Shown one piece after another: positions 49,059 to 61,900 of a stretch of DNA of 64,000 nucleotides. The position numbers and the translations under genes were made by a program. The notes under the pieces were generated by a model. The model was given only the letters and a program-made list of their open reading frames with translations, made no database searches and was not told the DNA's origin. Source of the stretch: Macrostomum hystrix (Eukaryota; Animalia; Platyhelminthes); NCBI GenBank assembly GCA_950097015.1, contig CATNEN010000015.1, positions 496,001 through 560,000 of the forward strand, written 5' to 3'. How positions within the stretch are numbered: position 1 is the first letter of the stretch; each line of letters begins with the position of its first letter.

Positions 49059-51598
49059 TATTGTTCCCTGAATCTCGTAAGGAAGTATCTTGTGTTTGAC
49101 CATCATGAAGTGTTGCGTTGTAGTCGTAAAAATATAAAGGCTATGGGTGTAGTCTCTATCTTCAGGCTTAACGAACGGATCCATATATACGTGAAGATAT
49201 GTAGTCGCTTCCTTCTGCAGACGCGTCAGATCAACTTTCATCTCTATATCGTGAATTTTATGTCTAATCATAGGCATGTTTGGAGGCGAAGTAGACAGAC
49301 CGTTGGCACTTGACTCAAAGTAGATATTGACCTTGATGACACTCAGCTGTTGCGCCTTTGCTAATTCAACTGGAACAGAGTCAGAGTCGTAATTAATCAA
49401 CATCATGTCTATACAGATTTGCCTATTGTCCAGTCGATTGTTCAGCATTCTGAATGCGCAGCTCTCATTCGAACCGCGTCTGACGACTGACACGTTAATT
49501 TTGTCGTTCGGAATGATTTTTCTTCGGCCCACAGAAACGAAAAAGGTTACAATGTCATTGACTGGGATGTTCCTGGACGAAATGCAAAGAGTAACAGACT
49601 TATTGAGTGCGATAACATCGGTCTGATTTTCAAACCAATGCGTAAAATAAAATCCGTGGCCGTTAGATGGGACAATTGCAGAGTTGTAGTCGTTTCCAGG
49701 GCCGTCACACCTCGCTTGCACACGACAAACCAACGACCCACCGTAAACATTGACGTGCTGAGTGAGGATGTCTTCCGACTCGCAATAAAAGCTGCGATTT
49801 TTCCCATTGTCGATGATGACATCATAATTATTGCATTCTGAAATGGGCCAAGTCGACCCGTTCCTGAGCGCCAACAAGAAGTCTACCTTATATCGAACTC
49901 TGGCGATGTCAGTCCAGTTGGGCTTGAAGATTGAGAATACATCGCAGTAGAATGTTGCTGTGTACAGATTTCTGCCATTGCGTGGTGTTTCATACTCCAG
50001 ACGGAGTTTTGGTGCCACTGGATTGTTCACAAGCTGAGGCGAGCAATGAGTGGTACAAGGCTCGAACCCGCTTCCGTCAATCGATGTTGTTCCAGGTTGG
50101 CATCGTTTTTTGCTTCCAATGCAGTAATGAGTTCTCCTAGGCAGTGGCGAAAGGTAGTACAGAGTGTCGTAGGGTGAGCACCGCAGAATCCGAATGGGGT
50201 AGCTCGCGTCAGACGAAATCGAACAGCCAGAGGATAGTCCTGACCGGTAGCGACGTGCCCTGGCTCTGGACAGCTTGATATTGATATTGTCCTCTGGCAC
50301 TTCATCGCTCAAATAATATGGCGTCTGGCTGCCACAGTCGACCGTCATTTTTGGGCACTCGTTAACCAGGTAGTGGCCGGCAGGCGACTGAACGCGAAAC
50401 CAGCCCGAACGGACGGTACTAAAGTCGATGCACGGCTGGTTTGGTGCGCTCCCGCACACTAGATTGTTGCCAAGCCTGTGCACGGCGAAGCGATCGAGAA
50501 TCGCCGACACGTTGGACCAACGGCACGGATTCGAGGTCGAGAACGAAAGCTCACAAAGAGGTCCATGGAAGTGCGCGCTGCATAGACACTCATTTAGTCC
50601 TCGGTCATAGGTGCCTCCATTCTGACAGAGTAGAATTCCATAAGCCACTGGAAATGCAATGGCTATTATGAGCAGCCACACACAAACGGCTCTGACGATC
50701 ATTTGGTACTTTAATATAGTTTCAAAGGGCTCTGACTTGCTTTTCTACTCCTGGGGTCCAACAGGCGGCCTCGCCGATGCTCATATATGCGAGAAATATT
50801 TTTTCTGTTATCGGATATCCTTGTGTTATCGGCATAAGCGCCATGACCACTTTATTATTCTGTGGACATGACTCTTCGCTTTCACTTTGCAGAGAAGTTT
50901 GCGTTAGACGGACACTTGTCACCTTCTTATCTGATTGCTGTTGTTTTCGAATTCTGCAGGGCTGCAGGCAAGAATAATCAGGAGCCCTGCTTATCTTTTT
51001 TCGGGTGGATAAGCACGAGGGACTCAAAAAACTAAGATATGAAAGATATGATAGAGTTCTCATTTCATAAACAGAACCCTGTGGTCAAAAACTGAAAACA
51101 AGCAGCTTTAGATCGTATGAACATGAAAATGTTGCAAGAAAAAAGTACTTCACTAACACTAATGACTGAAGGACTCAACAGCCAACTCGCAATCCTGGGC
51201 AGTCAAAATATCTCATTTGTCATAAATACCTGGGCAGTCTATATTTGGATCGCGAGCGATAAGATAAAAGCCAGGCATTACTCGTTAGAAAAATACCCAG
51301 ACAGCTTGACTATACGGCAGTTATGACCGCAGTCCGTAACACGGCCCTGAAACTCAGAAAATTTACCTCGAGCAAAAAATTTACAGTATAGAAAGTAAAG
51401 TGTGATGACATAGACTTCAAATGTGAATGAAGTATTTTGCTTATTGAAATGTAAGAAATAAGAAGAAACAAGTAACAGTTTGCGCGAAAGTATTTTTTTC
51501 AGCTTATTGACACGCGCGCATGCTTATTTTCGAAAAAGTTGTTTAAGTCACAGATCTGTTTGCCTCCTGCTGCAAAACATTTTGCTCGTCATTCTTGC

Positions 51599-52776
51599 CT
51601 AAAGTTGCAGCATCATGCTAATGGAGCGAACTACCGTGTAGTTATTGTCCACACACTTCCAGTAGGCGTACCTTGAGTTCACAATGTCCCCACTGGTGGC
51701 ATACCAGCCGTTCGGGTTGCACAAGAGGCAGTAGTTGAACCAGAAGCCTGCATTCCCGTAGGCTGTTGAGCAAACTCCCGGGGCCGCATCGTTGTCTTGG
51801 TCCTTGGAGGAGAACTTCATGCCGTTGTGAACGTTCAGACAGTCAGACGCCAGATTGGACTGGGCAGTGAGAAACGAAGTGTATCTCATTGTGTACTTCG
51901 TGCTGGCGTTGCCCACGGTGAAGCCGCTGTACTCATTGTAGTACTCCGAGTTGTTGTACAGGAGAAAGCGAACCCGGAGTGTCCTTGGCGTGGCTCCTGT
52001 GAGTTCATGGATGCGCTGGAGGCCTGTAGTCGAGAAAAGTGAGATTGATTCAGCCAGGACTGTTGGATAGATCGACTAATTAATGTGGCTATATTCTTCT
52101 GCTGTCTCAATTGCGAGTGACTCTGGTACTCAGCAATCTAAAGCCAGTTAGCTCACCGATCCAGAAGTTGCTGCCGTCTCCAAAGCCGGCCTCGTACTCA
52201 GTCCAGACTCGCTCGAAGCTCACTGAGGCGCTGTTGCGCTCCTGGAAGATGCAGAATGTCCTGACGCCGAGGGTTGCAATGTACGGACAGCTTGAGTCTG
52301 CAGAAGGGGTAGTTCAACCAGGAAATGGAGCGAGACAATCGGAACAACCTTCATCTTGATGATTACCTTGCATGGACACTTGAACACACGTGTATTCTTT
52401 TCTTTACTAAAAGGTGACAAATGGATTGTGGGCAGAATGCTAGCTAGCTTGACTCTTCTAATGGTGCTGCTGATAATGGTCAAAGTCAGGAAAACGAATT
52501 TTCATATATTGGAGCCTCACAGATGGCATCGTAAGCAGATACTCTCGAGCTGACACCGCTGGCGCTTCCGTAAATGGCACAGGTGAAGCTTCTCTCAGAG
52601 AATTGGTAGTGCTTGCACTCGAGTCGAGAGGCGCACATCCCGGCGCACTCGATGTCGCTGCGGGCTGAACTCGTGGAGTCTGGCGCCGTCGCTGTGACTG
52701 TCGCGGAGTTCGCAGATGCGAAGTAGCGGCTGGCTGGAGAATTGAGAAACAGTACTAATGCCCAGATCCTCCACAT
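51599..52776 (-). CDS. Secreted PAN/apple + fibrinogen-related (FReD) protein, ~273 aa; exons 52776-52521, 52297-52157, 52023-51599
   Basis: Signal peptide; PAN pattern ECAGMCASRLECKHYQF..TC; FReD motifs IFQER..SVSFERVWTEYEAGFG..FWIG, HNGMKFSSKDQDND, FWFNYC...NPNG. Introns are in phase; the first donor is less certain. Confidence 0.85.
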
Positions 52777-54085
52777 TTAACAAACTTGAATACGAAGACC
52801 AGGGTTGTTGAACCATGGCACAACAGAAGTGCCGATTCTAGAACACGTCACCTCTCTACAACGTCGAGACGTTCAGAGATTCTGACAGAATGTCACCTTA
52901 ACCCTCAAAAGCTATAGGTCCATTAGGAGCAAATTGCATTCAGTACGTCAATCAGCAATGGGCCTAAGTACCGATTGTTGATCTCATGTGTCTACTTGAT
53001 CTCAGCCTTCAGGTCTACTTGCCATCATCTAGGCGGGGCTTCTGGACGTTTCACGGTAGAAAGACAACGGGGTATTTCAAATATCTACTCGTACATTTTC
53101 TTTTTCTCTGTATCTCCCGAAATAATCAACCAATCGCGACGACAATCTAGAATGCAGTTTCTCATTCGGTTTGGCAGCTATCTTGAAGTAGACGCGATAG
53201 ACTGTGGGTACTTAGAAGAGTCATTTACAGTCTGACTAAAATCAGGGTTTATTAAAAAACGGAGAAATGGTATGGCATATGCCTATGCCAGCAAGGGCAT
53301 TTTCGATGAAGCATTTCAGATTTTCCGATAAGCAGGTGTTATTTGCGTGTTTTTGGAAACATGAAACGTCAGGATAAACTCACCCACTGTTCCTGAACCT
53401 CCAGGATCTGTGACTGAATCAGCCCGCCTGATAAAGCAGCAACATAGCACCAGCAGGCACCAGAATAGCCATCTCATCTCTCCGCTTGCGAGCCTGTGCC
53501 ACAATCAGAGCGCAAAAATACCACATTTTTGTCAATTGACCGCCCATTTTGTAGCAATACCTTTGTTCCATTACGGATCCCGCAACTTACCATTGGATGC
53601 CGTCTCTCTCGCAGCACTGACGAATGACAGTTTTGCGTGAAGTCTTCCTAATTTCTGAATCCTTTCTCCTTAACTGTCTTCTTGAGCTAATTCAGCGGTT
53701 AGTGAAATGACCGCTACCATGGCAACTAGACCAAAAGAAGGATGCCACGCAGGCTCTCAAAGGCGCCATTTGCATTGCCATTGAATAATTGATTTCATTA
53801 AAACTGCCTGTGGGAATAAACAGCAGCAACAGAAGTCCGTTTTCTTCAGAGTAGCAAGAAACTAGCAATTCTGGGTGCATTCAGCTGCTGTGATGCTTCC
53901 ATAAAACTTTTTCTCCTACCAAGTCATTTCACTCGGCGCTTATGGTGCATACCATGCATTGGTCTGGTTGTACTGTGTTTCCTGACAGGAAAGAAGCTAA
54001 TTTTCTTTGTTATTTAATTTCCTTTAATTGAGTAACTCTACAGCCTGAAATTAGACTGACACCATACAAACACTCAACACTTGCC

Positions 54086-54365
54086 GGACAAACTTAGTGG
54101 ACAGACACTGGACAGGCACTGGACAGGCACTGGACAGGCACTGGACAGGCACTGGACAAACTTAGTGGACAGACACTGGACAGGCACTGGACAGGCACTG
54201 GACAAACTTAGTGGACAGACACTGGACAGGCACTGGACAGGCACTGGACAAACTTAGTGGACAGACACTGGACAGACACTGGACAGGCACTGGACAAACT
54301 TAGTGGAGAGAAACTGGACAGACACTGGACAGGCACTGGTCAGGCACTGGACAGGCACTGGACTG
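54086..54365. repeat. Composite 10-bp (GGCACTGGAC-type) tandem repeat
   Basis: CACTGGACAG units interspersed with AAACTTAGTGGACAG. Confidence 0.92.
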
Positions 54366-54446
54366 ACTGGTAGGGTTTTAGAGTCGGGTATAGATTTGAA
54401 TTTCTCTACTGGATAAACTTTCTTAAAGTTTTTCTTTTCTGTCTTT

Positions 54447-54508
54447 CGTATGACATTCCGTATGACATTCCGTATGACATTCCGTATGACATTCCGTATG
54501 ACATTCCG
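54447..54508. repeat. 12-bp unit x 5
   Basis: CGTATGACATTC in tandem. Confidence 0.92.
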
Positions 54509-55001
54509 AACTTCTTTGCTGCTGTCAATATTTTCTGCCAGTTATATTGTCTTCTATTGAAAATGGCTAGAAAACAGCATCAACTTGAATTCTGTTTGTC
54601 ATCCTGTGAGAGCTTTAACACTGGGACTTGTGCCCGAAGAAATACACTGTACATTTAACATCGCAGGCGTTTGTTAGATTTGGCAAAAATGGCATCCGAC
54701 AAACTTCAAAGTGCAAAATATTGTAGACAGAAATAAAATAATATTAATCTACGAGTACATTGTCAAGGACAAAAGGTATTACTAAACACTAGGTTACTTT
54801 GTTCAGGTGCAGAAGAAGTGGTAATTATTCATTAATCAATGAAATCTCAGAAGTTTGCAATAACTTTGCAGGTAACAAAATTCATTATGCTCTTGAACAA
54901 CTGTAACATCGTTTTAAGCCGCATTTTACCCGTACCACAGCCGTAAAGAGCTAACCCAGGGTAAATCCGTTGCTATGCCGTTGCTAAGCAAAGCCGGTTG
55001 A

Positions 55002-58000
55002 TCAACTACCGATTCGCTGAATCTTCTCCCTGATGTCAGTCAGCATCTGGAGGCTTCGTGGCCGCGCCTGACTCAGCCACTGGAGGGCCCACCGCAGCTG
55101 GTCCGGCTGGCGGCTGTGCTCAGCGAACACGGCCACCTCCAGCCAATCGGGATCGCCAGTCTGCAGCTCCCTGAACCAGTCCGCAGTCTCGGCGGAGTCC
55201 AGTAGGTCCGGGGCGAGTTGACTGCACAGCAGACGGGCGAGGGCCTCGAAGTTGACGTAGAAGAAGTTCTCGTAGCTGGCCATGATGCAGGGGAATCTAA
55301 CATAGCTGCTGGGCCTTGGCAGAAGGTAATCGAAGCTGGGTCCGGGCAGAGATTCGTAGTAGAAGCAGAATCGCCAGGCGGAGTCCGTCGTCTCCAGAAT
55401 CCGCCGGATGTTGCCTCGGCCACCGTCGCTCTGGTCGGTTGCCAGGCCAAGTGGCAGGTAGCGGAGCAGCGGCTGCTGGTGTCGCCGTTCAAAGCCGAGG
55501 CTCAGTCGTAGCTGCTGAGCCGCCTCTACGGGACGCGACATCCGCAGCAGGGTAAGTGTCATGAGGCAGGTGCGAGCGGTGAGTGCGCAGACCGGTAGTC
55601 GCTGCGCCAAGTCCCGAATGCCCTGCAGCTCCGCCTGTGTTCGCGGCGTTGATTTTGCTCCAAGGTCTAGCACGAGTTTGTGAATCACGGCGTACAGATG
55701 ATGATACTGCAGACTTCCGCTGGCAGGCCACGGAAGAGTTAGGTAAATTGGTAGCAGGGTGAACGGGTGCAGGCGGAAGCTGGAGAGCACGTCTGTCAGC
55801 GGCTGCAGCTGGGAAGCTAGTGAGCTCAAATGTGTGAGCAGACTGTCCCGCACTCGTGAGACAGCGTCGATAACCTCCTCTTTAGCCGAGCTACCACGAC
55901 GCAAGTAGAGTGGGGCGTCCTGCATGAAGAAGTGCGGCATGCACTCGCCCGGTGGAGCGGTGGTCAGGCAATGACTCAGGTCGACGAGGGCCGCGAAAAC
56001 CAGCTCTGTCAGGTTCTCTGGTCGCCACAGTCGAGGCTCCGTAAAGGCCACCATGCGGAACGTAAGGGTCTTCGCATGGTAGGACTTCAGTCCGCGCACG
56101 TCAAGCTTCTTGCTTATGATGCGCTTGATGAGGTACTTCAACGCCAGGAACAGCTGGCCCTGCAGTGCCGTGAGGCTTCGCATGAACCGCTTCTCCAAGA
56201 ATGTGGTGCTCACGCGCATTTGCTTCGCTTCCATGCCCGGCGCTGATGCGCGAATCAGGTGGCAGGATCGCGGCCGCGACAATTCCGATCGTAGGTCAGC
56301 CAGCAAGGTTGCAGACAGGTGCGTGGTCTGGTTGAGAACAGCGATCTCCGGGTAGCAGCAGCAGGCAAACGCCGCTACAAGGTCCATGGCCGGCCTCAGA
56401 TCCGAGCCTTTGTCAGGCAGCGATGGGTTTGAACCTGCGGGTTTTCAAGCAAGCAAACAATGGCTTCCATTGCTTTATTTGCAGCTACATTTTGGGGTCT
56501 TTGAAAATAATATAATGCATAAGTCTATGTTTTAGCAAACTGTTGAATCTCACTTGCTCCCTCGTAGATCACGTGACCGCTGTCGTAGTCCAAGACGTCC
56601 TCCTCCTGGGCCTCCAGGCAGCTGCATCTGCCTCTAATGTGGAACAGCCTGCGGTAGGAGTACTCAGTAACATCTAGGTCTGAGTCCGGATCCGTGCGAC
56701 CATTCAACGATACCAGACTGTTGCCCCAGCCCTCGCTGTAGCTGCCGACTAGATGCACATCCCGAGTGTTCCTGTGGTTGCGAATCACTTCCTCGAGAAC
56801 GTCAGCAATGGCGCACTGGAAGCCTGCCCGAATGCTAGTGAATCCCGCAGTGTTGAAGGCCTCGTGCAGGTTACTCATATTAGCTGCTCTTACTGGGGCG
56901 GGTTCCGACTGTCGATCATTGCTGCAAAAGCAAATTAGATTAATCGTAATTACAAATTGATTTAATACGTCAAAAAGCGCAATTAGATAACAATTTTGTT
57001 GTGCTCAATTTAATAGAAATAATCAACCTATGCTCAAAGTGCTCGATTTCGAATGGCTGGTGCTGCTGGCATGGGGAACTCCAGAAATTCTCCAACAAGT
57101 TGCTGATTGCAGATAGACCCCGACGTCTAGCCAGCCGAGTGCAGTCCAGGGCATCCCGACGGAACGCCTCGTCGCAGCTGTTGTAGCGCCGTCCTTTAGC
57201 AGCTGCATCTTCTAGCAGGACTCGAACCACAGCTTGTCGTTCGAGTTCTACAGCCGCATGCAGTGGCGTCTGCGGCGGATTTGCATTGCCGCCCGCCAGG
57301 TTCGGGTCGGCGCCAAGTCGCAGCAAAAGAGCCACCATCGCAGCATCACCAAGCTGAGATGCGGCTAGAAGAGGAGTCACCCCGTGCTTGGCCGACCTGT
57401 TCACACTGGCCCCGGCTGCCGCCAGGTGCTCAACAACAACCGAGTGACCTCGAACTGCTCCCCGGAAGAGCGCAGTCGTCTCGTCATCGGATCTGGCTGT
57501 GTCAAGGGCTGCACCAGCGGCAATCAGTCGGTCAACTACATTCAAGTAGCCGCTCCATGTGGCTGTGTAAAGTGGAGTCTGGTTGTGGTAGTCAGTGAGC
57601 TCAGTGTCGGCTCCAGCAGTGAGCAGCATTTCGACCATGTCCAGGTTGCCGTTTTCAGCGGCGATAAACAACGGAGTCGATTTAGTTTCCAGGCGGCGGG
57701 GATCGATCTCACATCCGGACTGAATGAGTCGCTCAGCCGCTTCCAGGTGCCCATTCTGAGCGGCGATCCACAGAGGCGCGGTGCCATCTGTTTCCGCTTG
57801 GTCAGGGGCGGCGCCCGCCGCCAGCAGTCGTTTAATAAGGCCGGCGTTTCCGTACTGACTGACAATGTACAGCGGAGTCGTGCCTTTACAGTTGGCGCGA
57901 TTCACATCGGCTCCGGCCTGCAGCAGCCGCCTGACCATGCCCGAGTGGCCCTGCTGAGCGGCGATCAGCAGCGGTGTGCCGCCGTTGGGCTGGGCCAGGT

Positions 58001-58955
58001 CCACGTCCGCCTGAGCTCGCAGCAGGTGCTCCGCAGCGGCGCAGTGGTCATTCTGGGCAGCCAGGTAGAGCGGCCCGAAACCCTCCGCCTCTTTGCGGTC
58101 AACGTCGGCTCCGATTCGAGTGAGAAGGTCGACTAAACTCGCGTGTCCTTCTCTGCGAGAACGGTTTTTCGATCTTTCGTTTCAAGATGGATGTAGAAGT
58201 AGAAGCCCAACCTAATTCTGAGGTCAGACTTAGAGCCAAAGCGGATAACCCAGCCGATGCTGATACCCACTTCCCTGTTGGCCCAACTGACCGGGTTTTT
58301 CGTCAGATCTGCCATTCGGCGCCATAGGTCCAAATCTGCAGGGGTGCCAAATTGTCAAAGTCAGAGTGCCCAACATTGGTATAACATAACAGAACAAACA
58401 CCGAGTGTAGCTTGATATTCAGTACACCCACCCATTGTGCCAATTAAGTCAATGACTAGTGTCACTGGACTCAATTGTCTTGTCAATGGACAATGCTGTT
58501 AATGACTTATTCGTGTACCTGCAATGTACCATGTTTGTGAATTATGATGCGATCTCATTCACGGAAAATAGATGATAAAATAGAAAATGAATTATTTTGA
58601 TCCACTATCTTTATCTTCGTGATTGTGACGTGACGTGACTTAATTGAAAATGTCATGATTAAGCCTTTGACCATTTGGCTCACCTGAGATGAATTTGAGC
58701 ATCAGTGAGTGAGTGAATTTGGGTCATAAAAAGTAAATATTTATCTAACAAACGGAAGGGAATAATAAGTTAAGCTTTCAAATTAAGTCCATCACACTAT
58801 CATGCATACCTGGCTGCCACATACACGGGGGCCTCGAGTGTTTCAGGGTCGCAGCATTCGGGCGATGCACCGCCCCGTAGTAGCCGAGTTGCAGCTTGCA
58901 AATCGCCAGTCTCACACGCTGACAGCAGCTTCAGGCTGGTGATGTCCAGACTCAT
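55002..58955 (-). CDS. Ankyrin-repeat + Mab-21/cGAS-like nucleotidyltransferase (cGLR-like), ~1023 aa; exons 58955-58810, 58152-57028, 56921-56554, 56434-55002
   Basis: About 11 TPLxxAAxxGH-type repeats; NTase motif GSYSEG...DSDLD and a third Asp in MDLVAAF; Mab-21 motifs LKY, KSYHAKT, PHFF. Three GT-AG introns in phase (3072 nt); the first junction rebuilds VAAR|EGH. Confidence 0.85.
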
Positions 58956-61900
58956 GTCCGACTGATTCAAATTGAAGCTAGATCAGAAAGGAAAAGGCTT
59001 TGGCTGAGCTATTTATATTCATTTGTATTTTAGTACCTTGTAGCATATGCACTCTCATGACCATGACTGCGTACACCAATTGTTCACTGGAAACACTGCA
59101 GAAAAGCTTGCGCACTTACACATAATTTCAGTTTCTCAATGACGCGAGTCTACGTTGTACAGGGCGTCGTGGGCGAGGGTGGGTTTAAATTATTTTATGT
59201 ACCAAAGCACGATTTCCGATTTACTCCTAATCCGGTCGTAAAAGACAACTATACTTGTTAAAATATTCTGCAGTGCAGATTCAAGAAAACGCACGACTGT
59301 TCCTGTAACCTTCTATTTCTTTAGGTTTTTCAGCGATGGCACAACTGGCTGCGTGACACTTGTTGATTCAGGGGGATCGTCAGGAAGAGCAAATGAAATA
59401 CCACACGGAGTGAGATTGCAAGCAAGCTGCGGTGCCATCAGGGCTCAAATGTTTGCCTAAACACCTGCTGATCATGAACAGCCCGGATCAGATGACAGAA
59501 GAAGCTGCTAGAAAACTGGTCACGTGATTGCTTTTCACGTGAAGGAGGCAAAAAACTGAGTAAAATGCAATATTTGAGACTAAAAATTGACTGAGTCGTG
59601 TGAAGTCCCCGTGTCGTTAAGTTGGCATGATAATTTTGGAGGGTAATTGTGTAGTCTGTGAAGAGCTTCAAAAGTCCTAACTGCATGTCCAGAGGCTCTC
59701 GGGCATTGTTGGTGAGCTGCTCCCAACGCATTCATCAACACCAATGGCTATTAGAGGTTCAAGGATTCCTTTGAGATGGCGGTTCGAAATGATCCATTTT
59801 GTACATTCCACCGACCCATGCACTGCTTCCACGCATGGATTTATATTACGCGGGCACACCCTGGTGTGCACATCTGCGATGACTTAATTTTGTCATGCAG
59901 TGTTGCATAATCTACTTTGTCATTGGGGCTGGCCCTCATTGTCGTAAGGTGCACATCAGACCCCAAGCCTTTTGCCCCAAAATAGCATGGAGTCGCAAAG
60001 GATTTAAGCTCGTCAAGGACCTGGTGCGAGAGCTGGACAATTAGACGATGGTTCAGTGGCTCAGTACGTGGTCCCACCAATACGCTCGTAAAATAAGACG
60101 TCCAGCTAGGCCCAAAAAATTCTTAAAAGTTCATGATATTTTTTTCTGTCATTTTTATAACAACCAATATTACTATACTGCATGTTTCATAAAGGTCGAA
60201 AGTTGAAAAAAAGTTCTTTGTAGGATCACAACTATAAATTTATGACATGCTTATAATCAATATAACATGGATTTTACTATGCCTGATCTTCATTTATTAT
60301 AGGAATGTCGCTTTTAATAGTATAAGAATTTCGAAAGAAAAATTAAAGCGAAAACGAAATAAACGCAGATGGCGGTAATTCGTGAACTTAAATGACGAGA
60401 GAAATTCCAGGGACATTAAATCAGAGCGCGATTAATTTTTCAGTTAAAGAGCCTTTCCCACAGTAATTTAACGACGGACTCTTTTTTGTCCTGTGCATTT
60501 CTTAATTGTATTGCATTTTAACTTTTTTAAATCGTATCGTAACCGGCTTTAAACGTTCAAATTTAGGAAAACTATACAAATATAAAATATAGTTATCTAT
60601 AGCTGTCTGTTTCTCACTTTTTAATTTTTTTATAGAAAATCACAGATTTTTTTTGACCACTCCTTAGCTGTATAATTTTTGTCGGTGTTTTGTTCGAATG
60701 AAACTAACCGCGGACGAAAATGCAAGCAAATATTTAAAATTAGAAAACTGCAAGGACTAAATGGGTCATTCTCAAATTAATGCTCGGAAATAGTGTGTTG
60801 TAAAAAAAGTTTTTGACAATTGCAAAAAACTTTATTTATTCTAATCTGTGTCTCTAGTAGAGTGCAAAATAGAAACCAGAACCACAAAATAACATTAATA
60901 TGGACCAGCATTTACATTTGTTTATTGCCTTCAAAAACACCGTAAATTATTTTGCTTTCTGACGTACATTTTGCTATTAGATAAGGTCATACAAAAAGTG
61001 CATATTTTTTTTAGTTTTCGTATATTAAAAATAGTTGTCTTATTTTAGAAAAATCTTTTATTATTGTTTTTTGTTATATCTAATAAAATTAACATAGTTA
61101 ATGTACATTTTTTCTGAAAAAATTCAAAATTTTCCAAGGTCCAGAAGCTTCGAACAATTGGAATGTATACATATAGCACAATTTTTATTTAATTGGCCGT
61201 CAAGGAAATTCTTGTAATAAAATGAAGCAATGATGATATGAAATTCAGAGGTGCGTGTCTTGTCAATAAAAATTCACATTTTTACACTATTTTGGCATTT
61301 CTTATGTCATGAAATCTCCTTTCCAGACACAAAAAATGTTACAATAAGCAAATTATGGTGTATCTTTCATTTTCTATAATAATTAGAAATATTCAAAACA
61401 CGTAGATTTATTCCTTAGGAAGGTGGCATCATATCTGTAATATTTCCATGTATTAAGGTACCAGTATATGCGAGAAATCTTTTTTCTTGACAGTGTTGTT
61501 GTGCATAAGCATTCGAGTCGATTTTTATATTTTTTATGTTTGCTGTTTTTAAATACAATTAGTATATTGCTAATAATTACGAATTAATTCAGATACAGTA
61601 TCGTGATATAAATATTTATAAGAGAATGCGAATTGCTTCTGTCTTTTTATTTTATTCGCTTTCAAAAATGGAGCTTCAATACCTCACAGAATTTATTTAC
61701 CTTTTAGTTTTCAAATGAAATACTTCGAAAAAAGCTGAGTCACAGCACTTAGTGGCATAAATTTAATAGTCATTTTAGCTTAGATTACTTTTAAATTCAT
61801 TAGATGGGAGTAGTACTTAATATTTTATCATAATTAAGCTTGCAGTCGTGAACTTTTATGGCAAATGCGCATGCGCGGAAAATTTAAAACTTCGCAAAAA

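Larger units (their letters stand above)
46002..50702 (-). pseudogene. VWDE-like secreted or anchored protein (EGF, UMOD/D8C-like, VWD-like, EGF), ~1090 aa when restored; coding 50702-46929 interrupted by a solo LTR, last exon 46295-46002
   Basis: Signal peptide; CQNGG..CLC..FHGPLC; GWFRV..ECP..CGSQTPYYL; CPANCSDRGVCISGECSCDVGFYGASCE. Deleting the LTR plus one TSD (795 nt) joins EIQGTI|IGDALID in frame. A phase-0 intron leads to an exon ending in a hydrophobic tail. The last exon is less certain. Confidence 0.72.

Noticed and set aside
59400-60080. Possible transposase relic (short minus-strand ORFs such as REKQSRDQFSS)
   Set aside because: I could not match it to any family motif, and no termini were found.
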